DNA from: Octopus sinensis
Taxonomy: Eukaryota
Assembly (NCBI RefSeq): GCF_006345805.1
Contig: NC_043001.1
Coordinates: 117,056,001-117,120,000 of the forward strand
Length of the DNA: 64,000 bases
Reading direction: 5' to 3'
Shown: positions 26,782-38,864 of the stretch, in pieces
Numbering within the stretch: position 1 is the stretch's first letter
Layout of the letters: each line of letters begins with the position of its first letter
Made by a program: the position numbers and the translations under genes
Notes under the pieces: model-generated
Told to the model about the DNA's origin: nothing
What the model saw: only the letters and a program-made list of their open reading frames with translations
Databases searched by the model: none

Positions 26782-28034
26782 TGTGTGTGTATGGATGAGT
26801 AATGCCATACCTCCCATCCATACTTCTGTAGTAAATCACGGAAGCTCATAAACTAATTTTAGTTAACTTGCAATCCAATAGTAAAACACGGTTGTTGCTG
26901 TTGTTTGATAGAATCGTTTGAGTACCGGATAGAATGTCTTGCGGTATTTGCTCCGACGCTTTGCTCTGAGTTCAAATTCCGCCTAATTCAATACTGTCTT
27001 CTATCATTTAGGAGTCGATAAAAAAACAGTATCACCCTGACGGAACTTTAAGATAAACGGAGTGTATGTCTTGTGGAATTTATTCCACCTCTTTGCGTTC
27101 TGAGTTCAGATCCAGCCATCATGGCCTGCTTAGGTGGTAGACTTAATCTGTCGCTCGGTTTAACACCAACACCTAGCAGATTGGGTGCTTTTACCGGAGT
27201 TCACTCTCTTGCAAGCATTCAAGCTTGGTCTCTGATTTGAGGACAGCTCCTTCTTTTCGTCTCTCCCTTCCATCAGACACGGGCGCCTTGTGAAGGGTCA
27301 TAGACATAGCCGTCCGTCTTAAAAAAAAAGTCAGCCCTATTCGAGCAGATCCATAATAAAGGCTGTTTCAGAGTTTATCGTTCATTTTTCTATTTTAGAC
27401 AGTGTTCTGACTACATTACCCAACATATATTTTGTTTCCAACATTAGGAATGGCTTCATTGGCGTTAAATATGATGATTGGAGAAACATTAAGGGCTAGA
27501 CAACATTATTGCCTGGTTGAGTAAGCCAAGAAGGCAACTCTAAACGCTTTTGTTTGTTAAATTTCATCAGCAACAATACGGCCTTCGCTTATTTTGCAGG
27601 AACTGTGGCAACTAACATGTTATTTTGTTCTTCCTGTATTCTTTTTAAAAATAGTAAAGTAAATAGTTAAGAGAGATTTAGCAAATATTTACAGCTGGAA
27701 AAGTGGCCATATAGACGATCCTTCTTTGGCACAGGGATAAGACATTGGATTTCTGCTTTCATTAGTCTTGAGTTCATATTTCGTCTCCAGGTGCACCCAT
27801 GTGCAAAACACTTTACTATCCACAAGCTCAATAACATGTATTCAGAATATAATTCTATAAGCGCATATATGGCTACGTCTTTAGGAAGTTTGCATCTTCA
27901 GTATATGGTTTTGAAGTCATCTAGCTGCATGGCACCTGTGGTTGACCAATAATCTGTGAGTGGAATTCAGTAGACGGATGAACTGTGCAGAAGTCCATTA
28001 TGCATGCATGTATATATGTATGTATGTCACTAAA

Positions 28035-28620
28035 TATTCTTTTCTACTCTAGGCACAAAGCCTGAAATTTTGGGGGAGGGGACCAGTCGATTAGATCGAC
28101 CCCAGTACGCAACTGGTGCTTAATTTATCGACCCCGAAAGGATGAAAGGCAAAGTCGACCTCGGAGGAATTTGAACTCAGAACGTAAAAACAGATGAAAT
28201 ACCTATTTCTTTACTACCCACAAGAGTCTAAACACAGAGGGGACGAACAAGGACAGACAAACGGATTAAGTCGATTATATCGACCCCAGTGCGTAACTGG
28301 TACTTATTTAATCGACCCCGAAAGGATGAAAGGCAAAGTCGACCTCAGCGGAATTTGAACTCAGAATGTAACGGCAGACGAAATACCTATTTCTTTACTA
28401 TCCACAAGGGGCTAAACACAGAGAGGACAAACAAGGACAGACAAACGGATTAAGTCGATTATATCGATCCCAGTGCACAAGTGATACTTATTTAATCAAC
28501 CCCGAAATGATGAAAGGCAAAGTCGGCCTCGGCGGAATTTGAACTCAGAACATAAAGACAGACGAAATATCGCTAAGCATTTCGCCCGGCGTGCTAACGT
28601 TTCTGCCAGCTTGCCACCTT
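28035..28620 (-). mobile_element. SINE family C with internally triplicated ~180-bp unit
   Basis: atcgaccccgaaaggatgaaaggcaaagtcgacctc..gaatttgaactcagaa occurs 3 times at about 180-bp spacing. Confidence 0.88.
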
Positions 28621-28649
28621 AGTGTCACTAAACATTAATCACAGACTCA

Positions 28650-29250
28650 TCTGCTACAGCCACCAGAATTTGTACGTCTTCAAATGCGCTTCATCAGTCT
28701 CGTAAAGCACTTCTATGAGGTGACATCTTCATCGTGTATCCCAGTCATTGCAGGTGGTGCTAGATGATCAGCGCCGCAACACTTTTGCGATTGGTCTTCG
28801 TAACTATTTCACTGTGAGGTACATGATCATACCAGGCAAATGCCGGAATGTGCTGGAAGCTCAAGCGGAAGCATGCGAAGGACTTAATGTATCAGTTTGT
28901 AAATTACCCAAACTTCATAGCTATAGAGGGAAATGGTGATACAGGCTGCTCGGTGCACGGTGATCGGCGGGGAAGAACTGAGGATCTTGTGAAAGAACGA
29001 TGTTCTCAATTAATCAATGCCGTAGTCTCCCAAAGACAGCCAATGACAGTATAATGAGGATTTGGATATAGGGGTCAATGCTGCTGCACCAGAGAAACTA
29101 CTTCTCGGAAACTTGAAAGACGGCGCTACAGACAGCAGCTCATCACCAATAAAGAATGCAGGTACGGTGACTGAGACACTAGAATTCAATAGGGATGCCA
29201 CAGACACATTAGATATCGTTCTTCCATATAATTCAGATATTTCAGGACAA
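28650..29250 (-). mobile_element. Old RTE/BovB-like LINE C-terminal fragment
   Basis: Minus translation pieces PAFFIGDELLSVAPSFKF, VHRAACITISLYSYEVW and WYDHVPHSEI..HHLQ*LGY fit the RTE post-RT region. Confidence 0.75.
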
Positions 29251-29619
29251 CGTGTGTGTGTGTATGTATGTCGTACATGCACATAACATATTGTATTTAA
29301 CTGTTCGTCATATATCCTTTCTCCCCCGTATTCTTCATCCTAATTTTTGTCGACATTTTTAATTCTTTTGTATAAGGGTTATTATATACTCACCTTGTCT
29401 ATCGTGGCTTACAGCTTTGCACGAATTTTTAAACAGATTATGTTTTGCATGACTCATAATTAGGCAAGTATTAAGCAACAAGAAACGACCAGAGGGTGTA
29501 CATACATACATACAACTAGCCAATCATCCATCCATCCATATATATATATACGACCGCGAGTTTATCGTTGGCGATATTCTTCCTCCGTCTGCCCTTCCTT
29601 GGACCTTTCCTCTTTCTAT

Positions 29620-29654
29620 GTTTCTGACGAAGAGCTCCGCTCGAAACGTTAAAT
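29620..29654 (+). ncRNA. Minimal type I hammerhead ribozyme motif, intact core
   Basis: guuu-CUGACGA-a-GAGC-ucc-GCUC-GAAA-CGU-U-aaau; palindromic ACGU stem III. Confidence 0.72.
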
Positions 29655-29774
29655 CCTCCTTTGTTTCTTTCCCTTCCTGAGCGTCCAATAACTCTATACT
29701 TGTTCCACGTCCTCGCGTTGTTGTGTTTTCTCTTTGTGTTTTCATGTTTGGATTAACTATATATATATATGTAT

Positions 29775-30111
29775 TAAATAATTGATATAGAAGATAGAGT
29801 GTGCTGTAAGCTATATTTAACACGACGACCGTTTCGGCTTACATCTGCACTGCTCCTTAGTGGGTAGGGAACGATATAATGTAATCGAATGCACCCCACA
29901 GTGCAGAAGAACCCTCATCAGGTTACATAATACTTTACAATGTTATAATAAGTACATTCACTACTGTGCGTGGCAGGATGTTTGGAATGTATTCGAAGAA
30001 TGGTAGGTAGAGAAAGCAAAGAATCAAATACAAAGACTAAATGCGAAGGTCAGAATGGCTTTTGAATGAAAAGCGCTCTAAAGATGCTGCGTATCATTCG
30101 TGGTAATATGG

Positions 30112-30150
<39 letters not shown>

Positions 30151-30620
30151 CTTTGTATTTGAATTTTTGCATTCCTTACCTACAACTCCCTGAATACATA
30201 CTGAACATACTGCCTCATTAATGGATTTGTGAACTACGTCACTGTGATTTAGCGGTTCGACAAAAAGGAAGGCAATAGAATAAGTACTAGGCTTACAAAG
30301 AATAAGTCCTGGGTTCGGTTTGTTCGACTAAAGGCGGTGCTCCAGCATGGCCGCAGTCAAATTACTGAAACAAGTAAATAAAAAAAAATACTATAAACGC
30401 ATGCATCATACCAACACCATCCTGCCACATACAGTAGCGAAATGTACTTATTATAACACAGTGACGTATTATGTAACCTAATGATGTTTCTGCTGCACTT
30501 GGGGTGCATTCGATTGCATTATATCGTTCCCTACCCACTAGGTAGTATTCCAGATGTAAGCCGAAACGATCGTCGTGCTAAATAAAGCTTACAGTACACT
30601 CTGTCTCTCCTAGTAATTAT
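29775..30620. mobile_element. ~210-bp inverted repeat pair (29775-29985 / 30410-30620), each arm with a hammerhead-like core
   Basis: Left arm minus strand: aac-CUGAUGA-ggguu..ucugcacug...cagugcaga..aagcc-GAAA-CG-GUC. Right arm plus strand: CUAAUGA...aagcc-GAAA-CG-AUC. Confidence 0.8.
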
Positions 30621-31022
30621 CTAAAATATACTAAACGTACACCGAGGAATTCCTTCCGTAGCTCCTGCGACTTTAGTGCAGTAGCGCGGATGACGCCTGG
30701 TAGCTGTATGTGGTGAACGTGCTCTCAAGGTACACGATTAGGGACATACCCAAAACAAAGTTTGGATACTACATTTTAAAGTCTCCAGTCTAAACTTTGG
30801 TTTTTGAAGTGTATATATATATATATGGAACCTGAAAGAAGCCCGTCATATATATATGTATATATACATGTATGTGTAAGCGTGTGTTTATGTTTGTGTG
30901 TCTGTGTTTGTCCCCCCAACATCGCTTAACAACCGGTGCTGGTGTGTTTACGTCCCCGTAACTTATATGTATGGAATCTAATGCTCTTGGCTTTGTTTTT
31001 CCTTGGGGCTGGCCAGATTGGA

Positions 31023-31088
31023 GAAATCTCAAGATTAATCAGCCGAAATTGCGAGGATGATCCGGTTCTTGACTGAAGATTAAAGGCT
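31023..31088 (+). ncRNA. Weaker candidate non-circularly permuted hammerhead (unrelated primary sequence)
   Basis: gaaaU-C-UCAAGA-uuaauc-AGCC-GAAA-uugc-[14 nt]-UCUUGA-CUGAAGA-uuaaa-GGCU. Confidence 0.4.
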
Positions 31089-31626
31089 TCCAATGACCCG
31101 TCCGTGTTTTTTGTATCGTCTTCTGGATGTTTTGCGTTCTTGTCCCATTTTGTATCTTTATATATATATATATATATATACACATACATACATATGTTGA
31201 ATAAAGTTACAACATGGTCTGGTGTACACGTTTTTTTTTATTATTGTATTAATTTTTTTTTACAATGTTGAAGTGTATTAACACTAAGAAAGAATATTTA
31301 GTAACGTTCATAAAGTTCAATTAGCGGTTCCATACGTTCGTAGTAATCATCAGATTTCAAAATGTATTGACTGACAGTTGAGCTGAGTACTTGACAACTG
31401 ACTTCTTTCTTTTATACCTGAGTTCTTCACAAATGACTTCTTCCTTTTTATACCTTTTAGAAGGCTCCGACAAGCTGAATTTTTCGAATACGGTTTTGAC
31501 CAATCAGCATGCACCTTAAACGTCACGGTTTGCTACGAGCACCGATATTACTGGTATAGATCCCGCCTTTATTTCAACCAATTAGCTTAGACATTGCGAG
31601 ACAAAAAAAATTGCGCTTTATATTCG

Positions 31627-31708
31627 AGGCAATGATGAAGCTATAGGATGTTATTCAGACACTCAACAAAAAGTCCACTGCATCTTATAACAGCAACAGC
31701 TGTAAGCT
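31627..31708 (+). ncRNA. Decayed hammerhead motif, same family as 44146-44226
   Basis: aggc-aAUGAUGA-agcuauag...cacucaa...cacugcau.uuaua.ca-gcAACAGCUGUA-agcu aligns with the reverse complement of 44146-44226. Confidence 0.5.
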
Positions 31709-31763
31709 AACGAGGTTCGCAACATAATCTTTGTTCATCCTGCCTCATCTCTTTTTCTCATAT

Positions 31764-32570
31764 ATGTATGTATATATGCATATACTTATGTATTATTTAT
31801 ATTATTATATGATCGAACGCCACGCATCCTTTTCCAAGTAAGTTTTATATTAATAATTATGATGCGCACTCTTCTACCTTCACTATCTCTTCTTTGTCTA
31901 TCTCTCTCCCTCTCTTGTTCTTCATCCTTTCTGGGTTTTCTCTCCCACCCTTCCCTATTCTTCTCTCCCCTTCATCGTTCCCTCTCTCTCACTCCTCCTC
32001 CTCGACTCTCTCGTCGCTGACACGTGACGAGAGTGAATCCATCTTTCTGACTACTACCTTCGCAAAGACTAAACGTGCTTATTCTGTCTCTTCATAAGCT
32101 CGTCTCCTTAAACGTTCAGAATAATTTTTCCATCGTCTTGGCTTAAAAACCCTCATCGTTTGTTTTTACTATTTTGTTCTCATTGTTCTGTCTTTTACTG
32201 TTTTTACTTTTTTTTTTTGTTCTTACTGTTTTGTTCTCACTGTCCTGTACTTGATACCACTTTCACCCTCCGCAAAAAATCTCAAATTTTATTTAATTTG
32301 CTTTGCGAGAAGGATTGTTTCAACGAAGTCGCGTATTGTCCTTGCCTTCAAAACGTGGAGTAGTTGAAACAGGGACGACTGAAGAAGGGGAATATTGTTT
32401 ATGTTGTATGTCTAGTTTCTCTGTTTGTTTTTTTCGTTGTCCGAAAAAAAAGTTCGCTTCTATGTTTTCGTTTCTCATTTTGTTCAACGTTTTTTTGATG
32501 CCCTGTACCCATATATGCATGTATATATACATATATAGGTAGGTATGTATTTATATGTATGTCTATATGC

Positions 32571-32575
<5 letters not shown>
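31764..32575 (+). mobile_element. ~0.8-kb non-coding repeat unit carrying a permuted hammerhead (32329-32390); same family as 13670-14010
   Basis: Sequence downstream of the core matches the 13.7-kb copy (ggggaat.tt...ttttcgttgt...cctgtac.catatat). The core has G12->A (CpG->CpA). Confidence 0.65.
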
Positions 32576-32623
<48 letters not shown>

Positions 32624-33610
32624 CTTCTGTATCTTATAACTCGGATTCTAAGGATGGACACCAGAGATTATGTTTATATAATGTGTGCATACCCCCAAGT
32701 GTACAACCCAGTAATCGATGGTAAATTTTACGTACACACCTCCTTATATGTATACACAATTATTCAAACATACTGTGACGATATGCGTGGTTATATCCAC
32801 ACATATTCTATTGACATCATTCTTCACTGTAGTGGGAGTAATGTCTGCATAAATGTATAAATATAGCGAGTGAAGTCTGGTTTTGATTCCAGTTTGAAAA
32901 TACGTATAATCTCCTTTCACATCATTAATGCCTTGAGAAAAGCAACACAACTGGTTCTTAATCCTCCTTAAGTTAGTCGTAAGTTTGCAGTCCTTAATCA
33001 AATAAAGGTCAAGAGTTTTGAAATGCCATGGTACTCTGTAGTGTTTGTATAAAACATTCTGCCAGGAATAAGTACTAGATTATCCGGGATCAGCCTGAGG
33101 ACAAGAGCTAGGTTCAAGACCCTGGATTTTAATCGTAAGTAGCATGTAATAACATGTATTTAGCTGGCTTTTCGCACCACCAGATGGACATTACACATAC
33201 ATGCACAATTGTTCGTTCCTTGACGTAAAACATCGTCGCAAGATACGGTGTGTGCTAAGCATTTAAACCTAACGGAGTCTATCCTTTGCCTGTCCTGCAT
33301 ACCGTTGATTTCTTCCAAAAAAGATATTGGGAGAAAGACCCAAATAGAGAAAGAGAAGAATCTTGTAGTTTATTTTTGACTTCGAAAGAAAAGGCAAAAC
33401 TGATCTCAATGGGATCTGAACTAATGGTACAGAGAGATTTAAACTCACGTATAGAGCCGAAAGAAATATCTTTAGGATTTATCCGACGCTGTAACAACTC
33501 TGCCAATTCGCTACCCCAGTGTGTATGTGTGTGAGAGAGAGGGAGAGAGAGAGAGAGAGCTCAAATATCAACTACTTGTATTCCGCAACTAGCCTATCCT
33601 GTGGTGTGAC

Positions 33611-34856
33611 GTACCGCGTGTGAAATTTTCTTCCCACGAGAGTTCCGGACCCCAGTAACGAACTCATTTGCATACAGCCAATCAGAGCTCGCTTTGACCT
33701 TCCTGTCAAATTAACAAAGGTTTACACTTGCAACGCTCTCTTCAAAACCAATTTGATACTCGGCAAAATTTTGATGCACGCGGTTGCACATCAAAATCAA
33801 ATGCTGAGGATGGAAATGAGTCAATAATCAATGGGCTGAACAAAGCTTTTCTTGCTTTACAAGTTATATTCAAGACAAAGAATTCCTTGCAGAGGGGCAA
33901 GTGAAAATAATTCACCAAGCAGCTTCTGGAACAGATACTGAGTTAACTTCCGCGCTTCACTGCTTTGGTCGGTACTCTGGTGTGGCACATGCTCTTGGTA
34001 AGAAAAAAATGAAAATCTCTAATGCTAGTGCGAAATTTTTTCCCCCACAAACAAAAATCTCTAGTCAGTATGAAGACAATTGGTGCGCAACCAACTGCAG
34101 CACCCAGGAGGAAGATGGTTGGTGGTGGCAGAAACGACATTGGTGCTGGCAGACCGTTGAAGGATTGTTTGAAAAGTATGAGAGGAAAGGTGACGTTCAG
34201 CTCTTAGATTATGCCTAGACGCAAAGCCCAACACAACATTAGTGAATGTGTCAAAAACAACCAATCTCTTGGTAAAACACACTCTACCAAGTAAACTCAA
34301 GGCGAAGAACGGTGTTGTAAGTTGACCGATCGCTAAATTATGCCTGATTTTAGGAGACAATTAGATAGGTGTAGATATAAATCTATACCTATTATTGGAT
34401 TTTGTTAGGGCCCCATGTGGTAAAGATGTTGATGGGAAAAATGTGGATAGAGGGCGATGTGCTAGCAACACTTTCCCCCTATTGTTTTACAAAGTAAACA
34501 GTAGCACAAATAGCTACGCAGAGGCAGCCATGGTTGAAACAAGAACAAGAACAATAAGCATTATCAAAAGGGAAAAGAAGCATGGTCATTCCTTACCCAA
34601 GGGACCTTATCTTATCGCCCATCACTTGTTATGCGCCCATAAATTAGTTTGATAGTTGAGCTCTTATTGGCTGTATGCAAATGAGTTCATAATTGGGGTC
34701 CGGAGCTCTAGTGGGAAAAAAATTTCGTGTCCCGCGTCGTACCGCATTGAATATGAAAGTGGAATGTGGGACCTTCTACTGAGTCGAACATATTTGGTCT
34801 GCAAGGAGCTCATTTTGGCAGTTTTTTTACTGGTCTAAAGATTTTTCCAGCAGTGT
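33611..34856 (+). mobile_element. Internally deleted DNA transposon (Mutator/MULE-like) with ~80-bp inverted repeats and a transposase C-terminal remnant
   Basis: IR 33611-33690 / 34659-34742. Frameshifted peptides ELTSALHCFGRYSG, IGAQPTAAPRRK..GAGRP and RRKAQHNISECVKNNQSLGKTHSTK* resemble, from memory, C-termini of invertebrate MULE/SWIM proteins. Confidence 0.55.
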
Positions 34857-35546
34857 ATCATCATCATCGTTTAACGTCCGTTTGCCATGCTAGCATGGGT
34901 TGGACGATTTGACTGAGGGCTGGCGAACCAGATGGCTGCACCAGGCTTCAATCTTGATCTGGCAGAGTTTCTACAGCTGGATGCCCTTCCTAACGCCAAC
35001 CACTCCGAGAGTGTATTGGGTGCTTTAACGTGCCACTGGCACGGGGGCCAGTCAGGTGATACTGGCAACGACCTCGCTCGAATCTTTTACACATGCCACC
35101 GGCACAGGTGCCAGTAAGGCGATGGTGGTAACGATCACGCTCGAATGGTGTCTTTTACGTGCCACCGGCACGGAGGCCAGTGTGTATATGTGTATGTGCA
35201 CGTAAGCATGCATGTGCACGTGTGTATATATATATATATACACGTGTGTGTGTGTGTGTATGTATATATATATATATGGGGAAGCACTCCGTCGGTTACG
35301 ACGATGAGGGTTCCGGTTGATCCGATCAACGGAACAGCCTGCTCGTGAAATTAACGTGTAAGTGGCTGAGCACTCCACAGACACGTGTACCCTTAACGTA
35401 GTTCTCGGGGATATTAAGCGTGACACAGAGAGTGACAAGGCCGACCCTTTGAAATACAGGTACAACAGAAACAGGAAGTAAGAGTGAGAGAAAGTTGTGG
35501 TGAAAGAGTACAGCAGGGATCACCACCACCCCCTGCCGGAGCCTCG
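34857..35546 (-). mobile_element. (GAT)n-tailed SINE-like copy followed by a 5'-truncated SINE family B copy (35279-35546)
   Basis: Matches other copies in the window. Confidence 0.85.
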
Positions 35547-36955
35547 TTCAGTTTCAGTCAACTCAATCCACTCATAAAGCTTTGGTCAGACCAGGGCTAT
35601 TGTAGAAGACACCCACAAAGGAGCTGCACAGTGGCTGCCGAATCAAAGACCACATTGTTGGGAGGCAAGCTTCTTGCCTGCACTGATTTATGAATTATTT
35701 AATATGTATGAATTAAGACATACATATTGAAAATAAAAACAAACTTGAAAAAAACAACTACGTGGCAGAAACGATTGCAGTATAATGTCCTTAAATGAAT
35801 ATATAACTCTACTAAATTTGAAATAAGTCTACTTCTATTGAACCTTATCAATGAAGAATGGACTATTTACACACACACACACACACACACACACCTTAAT
35901 TCTCACTTGCTCTATGTGTATTTAATTCTTAAACATCTGTGGGTAAACACAGCTGATACTTCCATCGATGTCAAAAAACTTCATTAATGTGTTAGGTGGC
36001 TTTACATCCAGGCGGGTGTCCCAGTTTTATTCATGTTGTTAATGACACCATGGAGGATATACAGTGGCAATAACCTCACAACCTTTCATTTTCTCTGCCC
36101 AAACAAATCTAAGTCTTCATGCAGACGTAAGCAAAAAAATGTTAAACATGCCTAAATTATATTATTTACAAAATTACATTGCAGATGATGGCAGTATTTC
36201 CTGGTGAACTAAGTCAACCGATATGGTTTCAGTTTCTAGTCTGGAATGTTCTTGGAAGTAAACACTGAATACAAATAAATAAATCAAAATATTACTGTCG
36301 CAGATGTTCTCCTGTCTCAAATTTGATTTCATTTAGCCTTAATTCAGCTCTTATCGAAAGAGATCTATAATCAAAGGCAATTCTGATTAGACCATCCATC
36401 TCTTGATTCACACACAATGTACTTAAGATTACATTAATCAATGTATCTTTAGAAAACACCAGAAAATATAGAGTGTGATTTGATGATGGTTTGTCTATTA
36501 TTTCAAGCAGAATAAATGATGAGTCTGATGTTTGCCATTATTGTTATTTTAGATTATGTCCTGTTACTTATCACAGTTGGATAATAAGGGGAAGTGGTTA
36601 GTCCCCGTGTTTGTGTGGCAGAACCAATACATTGCTAATATTTATTCTGGTTCTTTTTGCATTCTGAGTTCTAGTTCCACCAAGGTCAAATATGCATTAG
36701 TTGACAGTGGGCTTGATGTAATCAACTTACACCTTCCCTAAAAAAAAATTAACCTTGAACGAAAATCTGAAACCATTGTCATTAATATTTGAGTAATATT
36801 GATCTAACCACCTGCTGGGGTTGACTTTACCTTTCATATTTCTGAAATCAGTAAAAAGAAAAAAAAACCTGTCAAATACTAGGATAGATTGGATTGATTA
36901 AAGCTTCTTGACAAACTTCAGATATGGTGCCTAGATATGAAAATATTACACACAC

Positions 36956-36990
<35 letters not shown>

Positions 36991-36994
<4 letters not shown>

Positions 36995-37530
36995 TCATCG
37001 TTTAACGTCTGCTTTCTATGCTAGCATGGGTTGGACAATTTGACTGAGGGCTGGTGAACCAGATGGCTGCACCAGGCTCCAATCTTGATCTGGCAGAGTT
37101 TCTACAGCTGGATGCCCTTCTTTACGCCAACCACTCCGAGACAGTAGCTTTTATGTGCCACCGGTACGGGGGCCAGTCAGGTGGTACTGGCAACGACCCT
37201 GCTCGAATCTTTTTACACATGCCACCCGCACAGGTGCCAGTAAGGCAATGCTAGTAACGATCACACTCGAATGGTGCCTTATATGTGCCACCGGCACGGA
37301 AGCCTGTTAGCCGCTCTGGCAACGATCACTCTTGGATGGTGCTTTCAGCACCCTACTAGCATGGGGCTCAAGTGCCAGTAAGGCTATGCTGGTAATGATC
37401 ACGCTCGAATGGTGCCTTATATGTGCCACTGGCACGGAAGCCGGTTAGCCGCTCTGTCAACGCTCACACTCGTATGGTGCTCTTTGCACCTCGCTTGCAC
37501 GGATGCCAGTCATCGAATTTGATTTTGATA
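36991..37530 (-). mobile_element. (GAT)n-tailed SINE-like repeat with internal ~55-65-bp tandem modules
   Basis: Repeated tgtgccaccggcacgg...ctcgaatggtgc modules; similar copies at 43393-43860, 47610-47870 and 50946-51400. Confidence 0.8.
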
Positions 37531-37616
37531 TATATATATATATACACACACATGCACATATACAGGCACTTATATAGACATCTGTCTATCTGTTTACCTA
37601 TCTATATATGATTACC

Positions 37617-38295
37617 AACAAGAAGAATTGACTGAACAATTCTTATTATTGCATGATTTTACAATTGTTTCATCAATATTTTATCAAAAGAGTATTGCTA
37701 TATTGAACCTTGGGGGGGGGGCATAATGCCAGTAATAATAAACACGTACATGTGTTTATTATTACTGGCATAATTCCCCTCCCAAGGTTCAATAGTATTG
37801 CTATATTATTATATAATGTTTGACAATACATCACATCAGTATTAATATGCTTATACTGCAAAAATATCAACTCATCAGGTTTGTGTATAAGATCCATTTG
37901 CTAGATGAACTTATATTTTCAAGAATATACACTCATTGTCTAGGATGTTTTTATCATATTATTTGTATATTATCATCATCATCATCATCGTTTAACGTCC
38001 GTTCTCCATGCTAGCATGGGTTGGACGGTTCGACCGGGGTTCTGGGAAGCCAGAAGGCTGCACCAGGCTCCAGTCTAATCTGGCAATGTTTCTACAGCTG
38101 GATGCCCTTCCTAACGCCAACCACTCCGTGAGTGTAGTGGGTGCTTTTTACTATATCATAGTATAATAATACCAATGCAATGTATTGTTACATTAATAAA
38201 ATAATATTTTAGCAATACTCTTTTGATACAATGTATATGAAAGAATTGCAAAATTATATAGACAAAATATACTGATTACTCCATTCTCCTTGTCG
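37617..38295. mobile_element. Old fold-back element with a nested ~94-bp palindrome (37701-37794) and a nested SINE fragment (37970-38150)
   Basis: Diverged outer IR (tatcaaaagagtattgcta / tagcaatactctttttgata). Inner palindrome is flanked by direct repeat AGTATTGCTATATT. Confidence 0.7.
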
Positions 38296-38864
38296 ATAAT
38301 TATATACACTCTATGAACATTTAGTTATTTTCAGACATACCATAAGAGAAATTATCCATTCCCTTTTTTATGATAGCTAGTACTGGCTGATGAACTTAAT
38401 AAAGCAAACATCAAGGTTGAAACCCAAGTGAAATTCACACACACACACACATGTACATATATATACACACACACACACATATAGATGTACACACACACAC
38501 ACACACATATACAGATACACACACACACACATATATATATATACATACATGCACACATATATATATATGCACATGTATACATACATACACACACACATAT
38601 ATACATACATACACACACACACAAATATACATACATACACACACACATACATATATACACATATATACCTACCTACACACACATGTACACATATATACAT
38701 ACATGCATACAGACACACATGTACATACATACACACACATATATGTGTGTACACAAACATTTGGCCACTATAAACAAATCACCTGTGTGGTTGTTCGGCA
38801 AGAAATTGTCGAATCCTCATATGTCGTCTAATGAAGGTAGAGTCCATGATATATATATATATGC

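Noticed and set aside
27195-27320. Minus-strand open segment with phase-2 donor
   Set aside because: No similarity to TYW2 or any family I recognise.
33200-33400. THAP-like TVCAKH motif
   Set aside because: Single short motif amid stops; insufficient evidence.
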